Virus record (IMG/VR): IMGVR_UViG_3300046170_000502
Location: 113,352-177,351 of that record
DNA length: 64,000 nt
Strand: one strand, 5' to 3'
Origin: a virus
Made by a program: the position numbers and the translations under genes. Below the pieces are notes generated by a model, which searched no databases, was not told the DNA's origin, and saw only the letters and a program-made list of their open reading frames with translations. Of this stretch, positions 18,818 to 29,200 are shown piece by piece. The first letter of the stretch is position 1. Each line of letters starts with the position of its first letter.

Positions 18818-21348
18818 TTAATCGATGTAATACCATCGTGAGTTAGAATTGCTGTAAAACCAGTTTGTATTCCCGCTCTTACCATAACCAAATGAATCTG
18901 CACTAAACCAGCACCAACCATTTATACTTACTATGTTATTGTTATTATCTTGATCCTTAGCTTGTAATGGTGAATAAAAATTAATCCAAAAGTTAGGGAA
19001 TTGTCGGTCCTGTGTATTAGAGACTGTGTAGCCCCCATATGCCACCATTAGTGGTTGTGCCTCCAAGATTAACATAATAAACACCCCCAAGATCTCGCCT
19101 TATTGGAAACCTTCCGTCCTCAAAATCGATTCCATTTGCGGAAACAAGACAGGTTTGCGCAATCCATGTATTTGCTATCCATCCTGGAGTTCCATTAGCA
19201 TGCGCAGCCTTAGGCCACGAGTTTCTTGATATCGTTTCCCACATATGGTATGATTGAACAGTGCCGCCCTCGGTAGAGGCGCTGCTGCCTGGAATGGGGG
19301 GTGCCGAGCCTTGGCTCGTCCTGGATGTTCTCCTAAATAAAAGATTAACAGGTGCTCCCTGATTGTCATACATATTTGTATTACTAGAAAGAGATGACCA
19401 ATTCGCGCTAGACCAATAAACTAAATCTCCAGCATCGTATTTTTTTTCAAAATTATATTCTTCACCAAAGCCAAAAAATGCACCGCCAATTAGATACGCC
19501 CAATCAGATACCACATATAAACCACGTAGACCATAATAATACCTATTGACTGGATCAAAAGTAATTATATTATTATCTCCACATATAATGGCCTGATTAA
19601 CGCCTGCTGGTCTATCATTTAAGCCGCCCCCCTATCGAATTATTTTGCCCCACCCAGCAAAACATTAGCTCCATGAAAATATTGATCTCCATTTGTTGTA
19701 ATTTTGTTGTCGTAGCCCCCTAAAATAGAAGAATAGCTATTATTTCTTATTTCTAAGTTGTACCCCCCCCCAATAATAGAAAACCCTCCAGATATCTTAG
19801 ACTCCGCTCCCCCAATTATTGCCGAAGCTACTGATCTATATTCAGTGCCCCCCTCTAAAAAACTGGCAGATACTTCGTTATTAAAGCCACCTCCTAAAAA
19901 TTTACCAAATGTTACATCGTTATCCGCCCAAGTTGCAAAGTCGGTAGGGCTTATTGCTTGTCCCTTTTAAATTAATTGACCCATCAAAGCTTGCGCCAGA
20001 CAAAAACGATTTTACCAGTTAATGAATCGAAGCTTATTTTTGAATTTGCTCCTGCTCCTATTTCCGTTCCGTCTAATTTCTTCAATGGGCCACCCATATC
20101 AAAATAAATATTATTGTAATTATCCCTGGCAAGCAAAAATCCAGCCGTAGAATAAGGTGCTTTTTGGCGGATATCTACACTCCTTACAACAAATCATCAA
20201 TACCAGGCAAATTATCCTTGTATATGTATACCGCCATGTTATTATATATAGGTGTAACCGAAAAAGAAACCGTTCCATTATCACTTCTCCATCCAGTAAA
20301 AAAACTCGCATCATACGTGGGTTGATTCCTTCCGTTCATGCCTAATTGAAAGGTCCATGAGGTACCTCTTGGATTATCAACCTCTATAGTAACCGCATAA
20401 GTAGTACCCGCTACAAGCGGAACAGAATCCTGAATTAGCCCAGTGAAATATGGGAATGCATTAACAAAATCCGAAAACCTAGCTTCTCCAAAAGCGAAGT
20501 TAACGTATGCACCCTTCCAATTTGAATTACCATTATTAAAATCTCCATTTAAAACCAAATTGTAAAAATTCAGAAATAACTGACTACCTATCTGTGTATG
20601 ATGAACTGATAATCCACTAGCAAACCCATCTGACAGTATAAAACCAGATTGACCGGATTTCCCCATCACCAAACCTCTAGTAACAAAAGCGTCTTCAGTA
20701 AGTAATAAATTAGTAGCTATACTCTCAAAACTTGCACCAATCTTTTCCAATATGTTGTATTTCAATGTTCCAACTGAAGTTGTGTAAGACTCTTGATAGC
20801 ACTACCCGATTGAGTTCCATTAGAATTACCTGAAGATGTGTGAGACTGTATGCAAATATAAAAATCATCACTAGAAGCTGGATCCTGAACGAGGTCGGCT
20901 CTTACAGGTCTACTAATGTCATTATCGGCATATTCAGCAACATAAGATTGGCTAACCTCCCAGGGACCCTTAAAACCAACCCCTGGACCAGGATTCCCGA
21001 CTTTACCATCTATAACCCTAGTAACAACCGCGCCTTTTATTTAAATCCGAAAATGCGCTTTTTGCGTAAATTATAAAACCATCTCCGTCACTAATACTTT
21101 TTATAGCATTATCAAAACCTTGTATATTTAATTGAAGCTTAACCTCAGAAGAGCTTCCGCTTTTTGAAAAAGAATTTGATACATAATAAAAACGACCAGA
21201 ACCTATCGCAGTAGAACTTGCTTCAGTATTTACAGATGCTATAGGGGTCCAATTATTACTCAAGTTTCCGATACTTACCTCAGATCCATCGTCTTTTAAT
21301 ATAAATGCTTTTATTCTTATGTCATCCACCAAACCAATCGAAGTATTT
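18818..21348 (-). pseudogene. Frameshift-fragmented C-terminal ~840 aa of the large tail-tip protein
   Basis: Successive frames join through single-base indels. Contains collagen-like GNPGPG, ASFESIATNLLL, a carbohydrate-binding-like domain, IIGGG/N repeats and a Trp-rich end. Confidence 0.75.
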
Positions 21349-24300
21349 CTAAACTTTATATGTAAATACTATGTTTTGATTTGTTGTATAAATATACTCA
21401 GAAATTCCATCTTGATTATCATCTCTTTCTACATAATTGAAATAACCAGGAGAAGCGTTTATATCAATAAAATCATAATCATCACCAGATGACTGTTTTA
21501 TATTTCCCCGTAAAACTAATTCTCCGTTATCAAAACCTAAGCTATTATTTCCACCTTGAAAGGCGAATGAGCCGTCCCCGCTTAGCAAAAATCCCTGCTG
21601 GTTAACATTGTGATCTATCCCAATGAAACCGGCAGTTCTTACCGCCCCCTGGTTACCAGCGCTTTGAGTAACTTGTATATCATGACCATCTATAGTTCCT
21701 GCTGTAATTTTATCGGCCTTAAGATCGCTTATTTTAGCATCAACAATTGCAGCGTTAGCAATATTAGCTGTACCTATTAAGGCGTTAGCGAATGAGTGAT
21801 AAACTGGAGTAGCAACACCAAGGTCAGCCCTCGCAACTATAAAGTCTCCATCATCAAAACCATTTACAGGATTTTGACCTTGAGATCCCGCTGGATGACT
21901 TTCTGAAAAATCGTAATTAGTAGCTCCTTTGTCCCACCATATATATCCACTTGGCTTGGTCGCATCAGTTTGACCTAAATCAATTCTGTATTTCTGCCCA
22001 GTAAAATATAAGTCATGAGAAATCCATTTAATTTGATCACTTGTCCCAACTTGAGAAAAAGGGTTATTAGGAACAAGGGATATGGTGTTTGCAAATTTTT
22101 CAGTCATTCTAACTTCAAAATCAGATATATCAGTAGCGCTAGCCTGCCCAAGATTTAATCTTAAGCCTTTAATATATAATAGATTATTTTCTGGTTGCAG
22201 ATCAGCTTGACCAGTAAACGGACCTTTATTACCTGCAAAATCTACAGGCCTAACCCAAAAGTATCTAGTATCATTTGTTTTGCCGAAATAAGAAGTTTCA
22301 ACTTCTATTCCATTTGCTTGTACATTAAATATTTTTGTAGCATTGGTTATACCTGAAGCAGGATCTTGCTTCTCAATTGGTATTGCCCCAAAACCCTCAA
22401 TATAATTTGGAATGTCGCCCTCTATTCTTCGGTAACCACTATTATTTGAAAAATCCAGAGGTTTATTGAGATCGGCTTCGTCTTTTAGAAATGTATTTAC
22501 ACTACCAAGCTCAAGCTTATCATCTGCATCCGAGTTACCCATCCACACTTCGTAGTGGCTAAGATCATTCGGAACCTGATCAAGACTTCCTATTTCTGAA
22601 TTCGGATGAAGCCAATTTAAAAAATAGTTCTCAAATGCAGTATCTCCACTAAAGTTTATAACTGGACCCGGTATATCATCTTTAGATGTCCTAAATACTG
22701 GCCCTGTAGGACCATTAGGATTTTGATTATTAAAAGTTTTCGGCCAGACAATAACTTTTTGTAAATCTTCTGTATTATTTAATACTCTATATAAATCCCC
22801 ACTACCGAAATCATCAAAAGGTAATATCTTATAAAAATAACCTGTAGGCTGATCTATTCCATCTACTCTTTGAATCGGAGGTTCATCTACTATTTGAGTT
22901 ACATTATCTCCAAAAGATGCGTCTGCTGCGCCTAAAGTAACCTTAACTAAAGTGGAATCTAAATTCTCAAAACTAGGGAAAGAGTCGTATGGTCTTCCAT
23001 CTGATCCTGTAATTTCAAAATTCTCCTGACTAGATCTATATAAATGAACTTTTGTTGTTTTTTCTTGGGTAGAGAATGCATAATTAAAATTAAACTTAAC
23101 CTTAGTAACCTCACCGGTAGTATCAACCTGAAAACCATTTGACAAAATACTTGGCTCTTGATTAATTCCTATTATTTTCTCACTATTTAATACATTTCCA
23201 TCTTTATCTATTATGCCAACTTCAATACCTACACTCCTCTTTCCGCTCTCTGGGATGCCTATATGACCAAAAACAAAATCATCATAACTATCATCACGCA
23301 GCCACACGGGAATCCATTGAGATTCCTGAAAAGTTGAGTTAACATATTCGCCGGAACCAATATATGCATCCAAGGGCCCGCCGCTAGGGTTGTCCTCCAA
23401 GGCGTAATATAATGAATTATTATGGTAAACGATGTCATTTTGATTATATCCAGAAGGGTAAATATCGTCTCCACCCGCATCAATATTTGTCCAAAAACCT
23501 TCTCCCTGAACAGGAGTCGTTGAAACATTCGTGATCAACCCACTCCATATATCATTATCGTATAAAACTAAACTACCACGAGTATAAGTTTTATCGGCTG
23601 ACCAATTATATGCATCTAACTTATAAGCTGGAAACAACAAGCTAAACCATTCGCTATTATCCGGTGTCTGTTTAGTCCAATTATTAACGTCCATAGAAGG
23701 ACTAAATCCATTAAAATCCCAATGCGATAAGGGAGCCTTCTTCCATCCATCAGAAGTATATACTTCAATAAAATGATAATCTGGCTCTATATCACACAAC
23801 GAATGAGAACCATCATCCACCTTATCAGATTCGTGCAGGGCGATTTTACCCCAATTCCCATCTGAAACATTAACGTAAAGAAAATTTGAATCACATTCTA
23901 CATCTCCATTATTTCCCGCGCTCCTGGTTACTGGAATAAGCGGGATTCTGCCCCAATTATCATAATCGAAACAGTAATACAAATAATCATTAACAACATT
24001 TCTATCTCCTGGATTTCCTGGAGACGAATGATCAAAAGAATTGGCTCCTACAGAAATATCCACATTTACTTTATATATAGAGCACGGAACTTCGTCAAAT
24101 AATGAGAGAACTCTCCACCTCGTCCTATCTGTTCCAGGAATAAAACTTTGATTTGCGTCTTGATCCCTCAAACACAAGTAAAAAGTCTGATAATGTAAGA
24201 CTATATCACCAGCTATATACCTTGCTCTCGAAGAATAAGAAAATATCTGCTCATCGGAACTTATTACAAAATCGCCCACAAAGTAATTTACGCGGGAATC

Positions 24301-26211
24301 AAAAACCCCCTTAACATTGCTAGATTTCGGACCAAATGACCCCTCTAAATGAGCATAGGGTTTTTCTACCTTATAGATATTACCTTTGTATTGAAATTGA
24401 TTATTAAAATTGTTCCAGTAATAAGTCTCTGAAGCACTCCATTCTTCATAATGAGGCCTTGGGTTATTATCAATCAGGGATGAAGAAAACATCGTATCAA
24501 CATTGAGCTTGTATATATGTTTATTAAAATCTGCTACAAAATCACCAGAATTATAATATCCATTTGCATCAAATATCTGAAAATTAGAAGCAAATCCCCC
24601 TGTTCCATAAATCTCATTATTCACCTCTCTTGTGTATTCGTACGAATCAATTAATTTGGTAGTGGGAAGATCAAAAATCACAGTTCTATTCCCATCAGTA
24701 TCTACGGATGATATCCTAGAGTTTTCTCCCTGCGTTATTCCTGTAAGGAAATCTTTCGTGTGAGAATCAAATAAAGATCCGCTTATACCTAGTATAGAAG
24801 GGGTGTCAGAAGTAGAGAGAGCAAATCTATATTGTTCTAAATCAACCAAATTATTATCTTGATCTAGTATATTCCAATCAAAAATTAAATCATCCTTCCT
24901 TTCTCTAAATCTTAAGTTAGATATTTTAACCTCTGAAGTCAAACCTTTTAGATCTCCAGACTTCGTTAAACCATCATCGCTTAAATTTAAAATATCAGAA
25001 GCTCCGTAGCCATCGTGAGCTTGAAGTGCGTAATAATAAGATAAGCCCCATGTCTGAGTATCTGAATATTGATTATTTGTTATATTGAAACTCGAATAAT
25101 CATAAAGAACTTTATCCTCCCTTATGAATTCCCAATAATCACCATTATCGGGGGGTCTATTTTTGTTGCTAGAGTGAGGCTGAATGCACTTAAAAATACC
25201 CGTTTGAGGAGGTGTATTGTAAGTTACCATATCCCCAGACTGGTAGTTGCCGAACCCAAAATTCCACTGATTAGCTAAAAGCACATCTCTAAAATAATCT
25301 ATATTTGCCTGAAGATTTTTATAGTCAACGAGTTCCACAGAAGACGGTATTCCCAACTTTTTGATAGAGACTTTATTAAAATCGCTATCATTAGAAAACC
25401 AAGAAAAAGAAACGTCCGAGCCTCTCAAGCTGTAATTAAAACCCTCTATATTTGACTCGTAATTCACGCCAGTCAGCACACCGGTCGCAGTTCTACCGAA
25501 AGAATCATGAGATACTATTCTTAGGCCAAACGTACGATCTAAATTTAAATCATCAAAAACTGACTCGTTCAAACTTAAAGAAAATTCCCTATAGTTAGAT
25601 AGCGCCTCACTAGGAGCTTCAGCTGAAATAGAATTTTGCAAGCCTGGGCTAGCATCTAATACTGATGCGGGAATAACAACAGCTCCTGTTCCATTTTCTA
25701 TGGTTATATCAAATTTCTCAAACAAACCATCCTTCAATAACTCGGAATCAATAGACTCTCCCTGATTCGCGTGGCCAACGGGAGGAATCAACTCCCATGA
25801 AATTTGAGCGTTTTTATTTATAAATTCAGACTTAACCTCTAGCTTATCACCTTCAAACTGAGGGGAGTGGACATTAGCAGAACCAACATCTGTTCTAACC
25901 GGAAGATTAGTGACCCTTAAGTTATTAAAAGTGAAAGTATTGTCGAATTTCGGAGGGCTTATATTGATTCCGGTTTCAACAAAAGCTGACCTAACACCTA
26001 TGTCGCTTATAGCGTATACCCTAACATCAAAAAACCCATACCTCCCTTCTAATGAAACTGATTTCTGAATTGCCTCCCCCTCGAAGTCGGCTAAATCTCT
26101 ACCTACCCCTAAGTTATACTGAAAAGAATAGTTGTCAGACGACCCTACAACCTCGTAATGAGCATCAAGATCATTTACATTAAATTGAATTCCTAGAGCA
26201 GTAGATAACAT
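21349..26211 (-). CDS. Large tail-tip/host-specificity protein (FN3-like domains, CBM5/12-like repeats); true length ~2,460 aa
   Basis: Follows the J-like gene; IANAAIVDAKISDLKADKITAGTI is typical of J C-terminal regions; YxxGDxVxY repeats. Confidence 0.75.
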   Translation of the reverse strand: MLSTALGIQFNVNDLDAHYEVVGSSDNYSFQYNLGVGRDLADFEGEAIQKSVSLEGRYGFFDVRVYAISDIGVRSAFVETGINISPPKFDNTFTFNNLRVTNLPVRTDVGSANVHSPQFEGDKLEVKSEFINKNAQISWELIPPVGHANQGESIDSELLKDGLFEKFDITIENGTGAVVIPASVLDASPGLQNSISAEAPSEALSNYREFSLSLNESVFDDLNLDRTFGLRIVSHDSFGRTATGVLTGVNYESNIEGFNYSLRGSDVSFSWFSNDSDFNKVSIKKLGIPSSVELVDYKNLQANIDYFRDVLLANQWNFGFGNYQSGDMVTYNTPPQTGIFKCIQPHSSNKNRPPDNGDYWEFIREDKVLYDYSSFNITNNQYSDTQTWGLSYYYALQAHDGYGASDILNLSDDGLTKSGDLKGLTSEVKISNLRFRERKDDLIFDWNILDQDNNLVDLEQYRFALSTSDTPSILGISGSLFDSHTKDFLTGITQGENSRISSVDTDGNRTVIFDLPTTKLIDSYEYTREVNNEIYGTGGFASNFQIFDANGYYNSGDFVADFNKHIYKLNVDTMFSSSLIDNNPRPHYEEWSASETYYWNNFNNQFQYKGNIYKVEKPYAHLEGSFGPKSSNVKGVFDSRVNYFVGDFVISSDEQIFSYSSRARYIAGDIVLHYQTFYLCLRDQDANQSFIPGTDRTRWRVLSLFDEVPCSIYKVNVDISVGANSFDHSSPGNPGDRNVVNDYLYYCFDYDNWGRIPLIPVTRSAGNNGDVECDSNFLYVNVSDGNWGKIALHESDKVDDGSHSLCDIEPDYHFIEVYTSDGWKKAPLSHWDFNGFSPSMDVNNWTKQTPDNSEWFSLLFPAYKLDAYNWSADKTYTRGSLVLYDNDIWSGLITNVSTTPVQGEGFWTNIDAGGDDIYPSGYNQNDIVYHNNSLYYALEDNPSGGPLDAYIGSGEYVNSTFQESQWIPVWLRDDSYDDFVFGHIGIPESGKRSVGIEVGIIDKDGNVLNSEKIIGINQEPSILSNGFQVDTTGEVTKVKFNFNYAFSTQEKTTKVHLYRSSQENFEITGSDGRPYDSFPSFENLDSTLVKVTLGAADASFGDNVTQIVDEPPIQRVDGIDQPTGYFYKILPFDDFGSGDLYRVLNNTEDLQKVIVWPKTFNNQNPNGPTGPVFRTSKDDIPGPVINFSGDTAFENYFLNWLHPNSEIGSLDQVPNDLSHYEVWMGNSDADDKLELGSVNTFLKDEADLNKPLDFSNNSGYRRIEGDIPNYIEGFGAIPIEKQDPASGITNATKIFNVQANGIEVETSYFGKTNDTRYFWVRPVDFAGNKGPFTGQADLQPENNLLYIKGLRLNLGQASATDISDFEVRMTEKFANTISLVPNNPFSQVGTSDQIKWISHDLYFTGQKYRIDLGQTDATKPSGYIWWDKGATNYDFSESHPAGSQGQNPVNGFDDGDFIVARADLGVATPVYHSFANALIGTANIANAAIVDAKISDLKADKITAGTIDGHDIQVTQSAGNQGAVRTAGFIGIDHNVNQQGFLLSGDGSFAFQGGNNSLGFDNGELVLRGNIKQSSGDDYDFIDINASPGYFNYVERDDNQDGISEYIYTTNQNIVFTYKV

Positions 26212-26222
26212 AATATATATTA

Positions 26223-29200
26223 TTATACAGTTAAATCAAATAATAACAACCCATCCGGAGCATCAGGTAATGACATATCCGCTTGAGGCGGAATTGGCAG
26301 CGCAGGAGAGCGGGGAGGTCCTTTTTGCTCTACAGCTAGAAACTTCGAAGGGTTATATTCTAATGCAGTAACTTCGTATTTATTTTCAGATAATTCTTTC
26401 ACAGAAATAGTTCTAAATAATTGAGACTCAAGCTTCCTGAAAACTTTAGACTCGGGGGGCAATTCTATATTAACAAATCCATATTCAGTGATACCAATCA
26501 TTAAACCAATCAAGGACGCACTAGATTCTAGTTCTATCACATTAGTATCAACCTTACTAAAATACCACTCACTATTAATCAGATTATCGAATTGCTGGTT
26601 GGCAGATGCCACCGCTGAAATATCAATTATTTGTGTTAAATCTAAATTTATACCATGCCCACCGCTTAGTTCCACTCTGACTGCCGACTCCCCTTGAACA
26701 CTCTGGTTTTCATCAACGCTGTACATTGCAGATATATCAGATTTTACAGCTCTTGGGTTTTCCAAATCAGAGGAAGATGGGGGGTTATTAGAAGATGCCT
26801 CCATATAATTCGCTACATCCCCTGTTTCACTAAACATCAAGAAGAAGCCGTTGGAGTCCTTGCCTGATATAAATAACCTTTGATCTTTCCCTAATATATA
26901 ATAATCACCAACACTTAAATTCGTTCCGCTATCATATACATAAAACCCAACAATATTATCTCTAGAAGAATTGTCGTATATTACGTATACCCACTTTTTA
27001 ATAGTGTTTATATACCAAAAAGTATTCTTATAATTATCATTAGTCCAAACCCATCCTATACCTGTTGATTCAACTTCTGATTCACTTCCTCCTATATACA
27101 TCCAGAAACCATCTTGACTGCCTATAACTCTATTCTTTAATCTCCCTATGTATAGCCACAGCCCCGATTGGTATATAAAAATCCAGTCTGCCCCTGAGTT
27201 ATAATAACGACCTAAGAAGTCGGACTTATACGAATTAGCTGCAGACAGAGGCTCTGTTGAGTTAGAGCCAATCGACTCTGCAGTAGAACTAGATATTTGC
27301 TCCAGCTCCCCTGTTACTGATACCAACCCTCTTATTGAATACGCTGCTCCTAAATTAATTTGATCTAAAAAATCCTTTAACATATCAGCATCAGAGCTGA
27401 TTAAATAATGCCGCCCCCCAACATTCCCAAACATATCCAAGCCAATATTAAATATATTCACAACCAACCCGCCAGAAGTCTTCGATATTTGAAAAGTGTG
27501 CCGTGTGGAATTGGTTACAAAATAATTCGACGAACCATCATTTGTTTTATTTATGCCGCCGGGAAGCTTCCCATCAGAAGTAAAAGAAACCTTCTGTCCA
27601 TCGGAAAAACCGTGGTTATATATTTTTATTAAATTATCAGAGACAGAAACCTCCATTTGTATTTTTATTTTTAAATCCTCTATAATCGTCTTTTGCCCTT
27701 GTGGTCCAAAATTCCTAACCGTAGGGTCACTAGAGACCCTACCCTCAAACCTAAGAATCTGAGAAGTTCTCAAAGACTCTATTTCCTGATCTTGGTCCTC
27801 TTCGCTCTCCTCGACCCTAGCTCTTTGCTCGATCATCTCTAGAGACTCATTCGTTCTAGCTAAGGAAATAACTATTTCAACTTTATCTATACCAGGAGAA
27901 GATAGATGGGATTTATCTATAAGAATATAGGGTTCAAAATATTCTTGATATTGCTGGGTGAACGACCCAGAACTCTGTGAGACTAAAATCTTATTTCTGT
28001 ATAATTGAATATCCAAGATTCTACCACTCTTATCTGAAGAGGTTCTAACTTCGTCTGAAATTTCAATGATTGAACCAGCAGTTAAATACGAAGCCTCTTG
28101 CCCTGCGTTAAATTTTACTGTTTCTGTTTCTAGTTGAGATGTCATCAAAATCCACCTTGCTAGCCTCCTCGCCTGACTTTCTGAAGTTATACCAAACCCC
28201 ATAGTTTCGTTTTCTATGTATCCTAAGGATATCATAGAACTCTCATCTTCTTCGTAGACGATGTCAGGCTTAAAGGATTTGTCCTTATTATTAAACCTAA
28301 CCAAACAAGCCGTTGCTTTTTTATTCTTATGGACGCCTGCGTATGAAAAATCTCCTCCCAATATATTAGAATTATTAAAAAGCTGAACGGGAATCTTATC
28401 TCTATCGTATGTAGCCCCGACCTTACCAGAAGAATAAGCTATCATACCCCTAAATATAGAAGCCATGGAGTTTATTATTTCCAATGCCTCGGATCGCTCT
28501 GTTAAATATAAATTAGCTGTAAACCTAGGTTCAACTATAGGATAATTTATTTGAGTAGCGCACGCTGCAATCAGTTTAATTCCGTTACTTTCGAAATTAG
28601 CGGAGTCATCCCTCAAATCTGGCCCTTTTACTGTAATTTTCCTTGTTGAGGTATTAGAATAAACTATAACTCTCTCGTAAACCTTAATTTCGCCCTCCCT
28701 ATTTATGGATTTCCTAGTAAGAGTATCTTGTTGATCTGAATCTAACCCCTGCCCTTGACCAAAATTATGTTGATGAACAAAAATAGCTATTTTTTTACCA
28801 GCGAAAGATGTACCGCTACCAAATTCTTTTGTAAATACTGATGCGCTTACAGCGCTATCATCAACATTAATTTCAAAATTCGATCGTCTTCCTCTAGAGG
28901 AGATGTAAATTTTGCAACCCCTAGGTTCTGAGGTTTGAGTTTCTACAGGAAAATCTGTCTCAATTAATTGATCGCAGTACTTACCTACTTTATAAAGCTG
29001 CCACCTATCAATTGAATATTCTTCGAGTCCGTATTTACCAATTCCGTACCTAGGATTATGAAGCATATCAAAAAACACCCAAGCAGGATTATCGCTCCAA
29101 ACTTTATTTGACTCAGAAATTTCATTAACAGATTGTGCCAAATCTGTCTGACCTTTAAATAACCCATCCCACGGTCCATCATAAGTCTTTGATTCAGGGT

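Noticed and set aside
18818-21348. Diversity-generating retroelement target or template
   Set aside because: No reverse transcriptase in the window and no near-identical repeat pair differing at adenines; the changes are indels, not substitutions.
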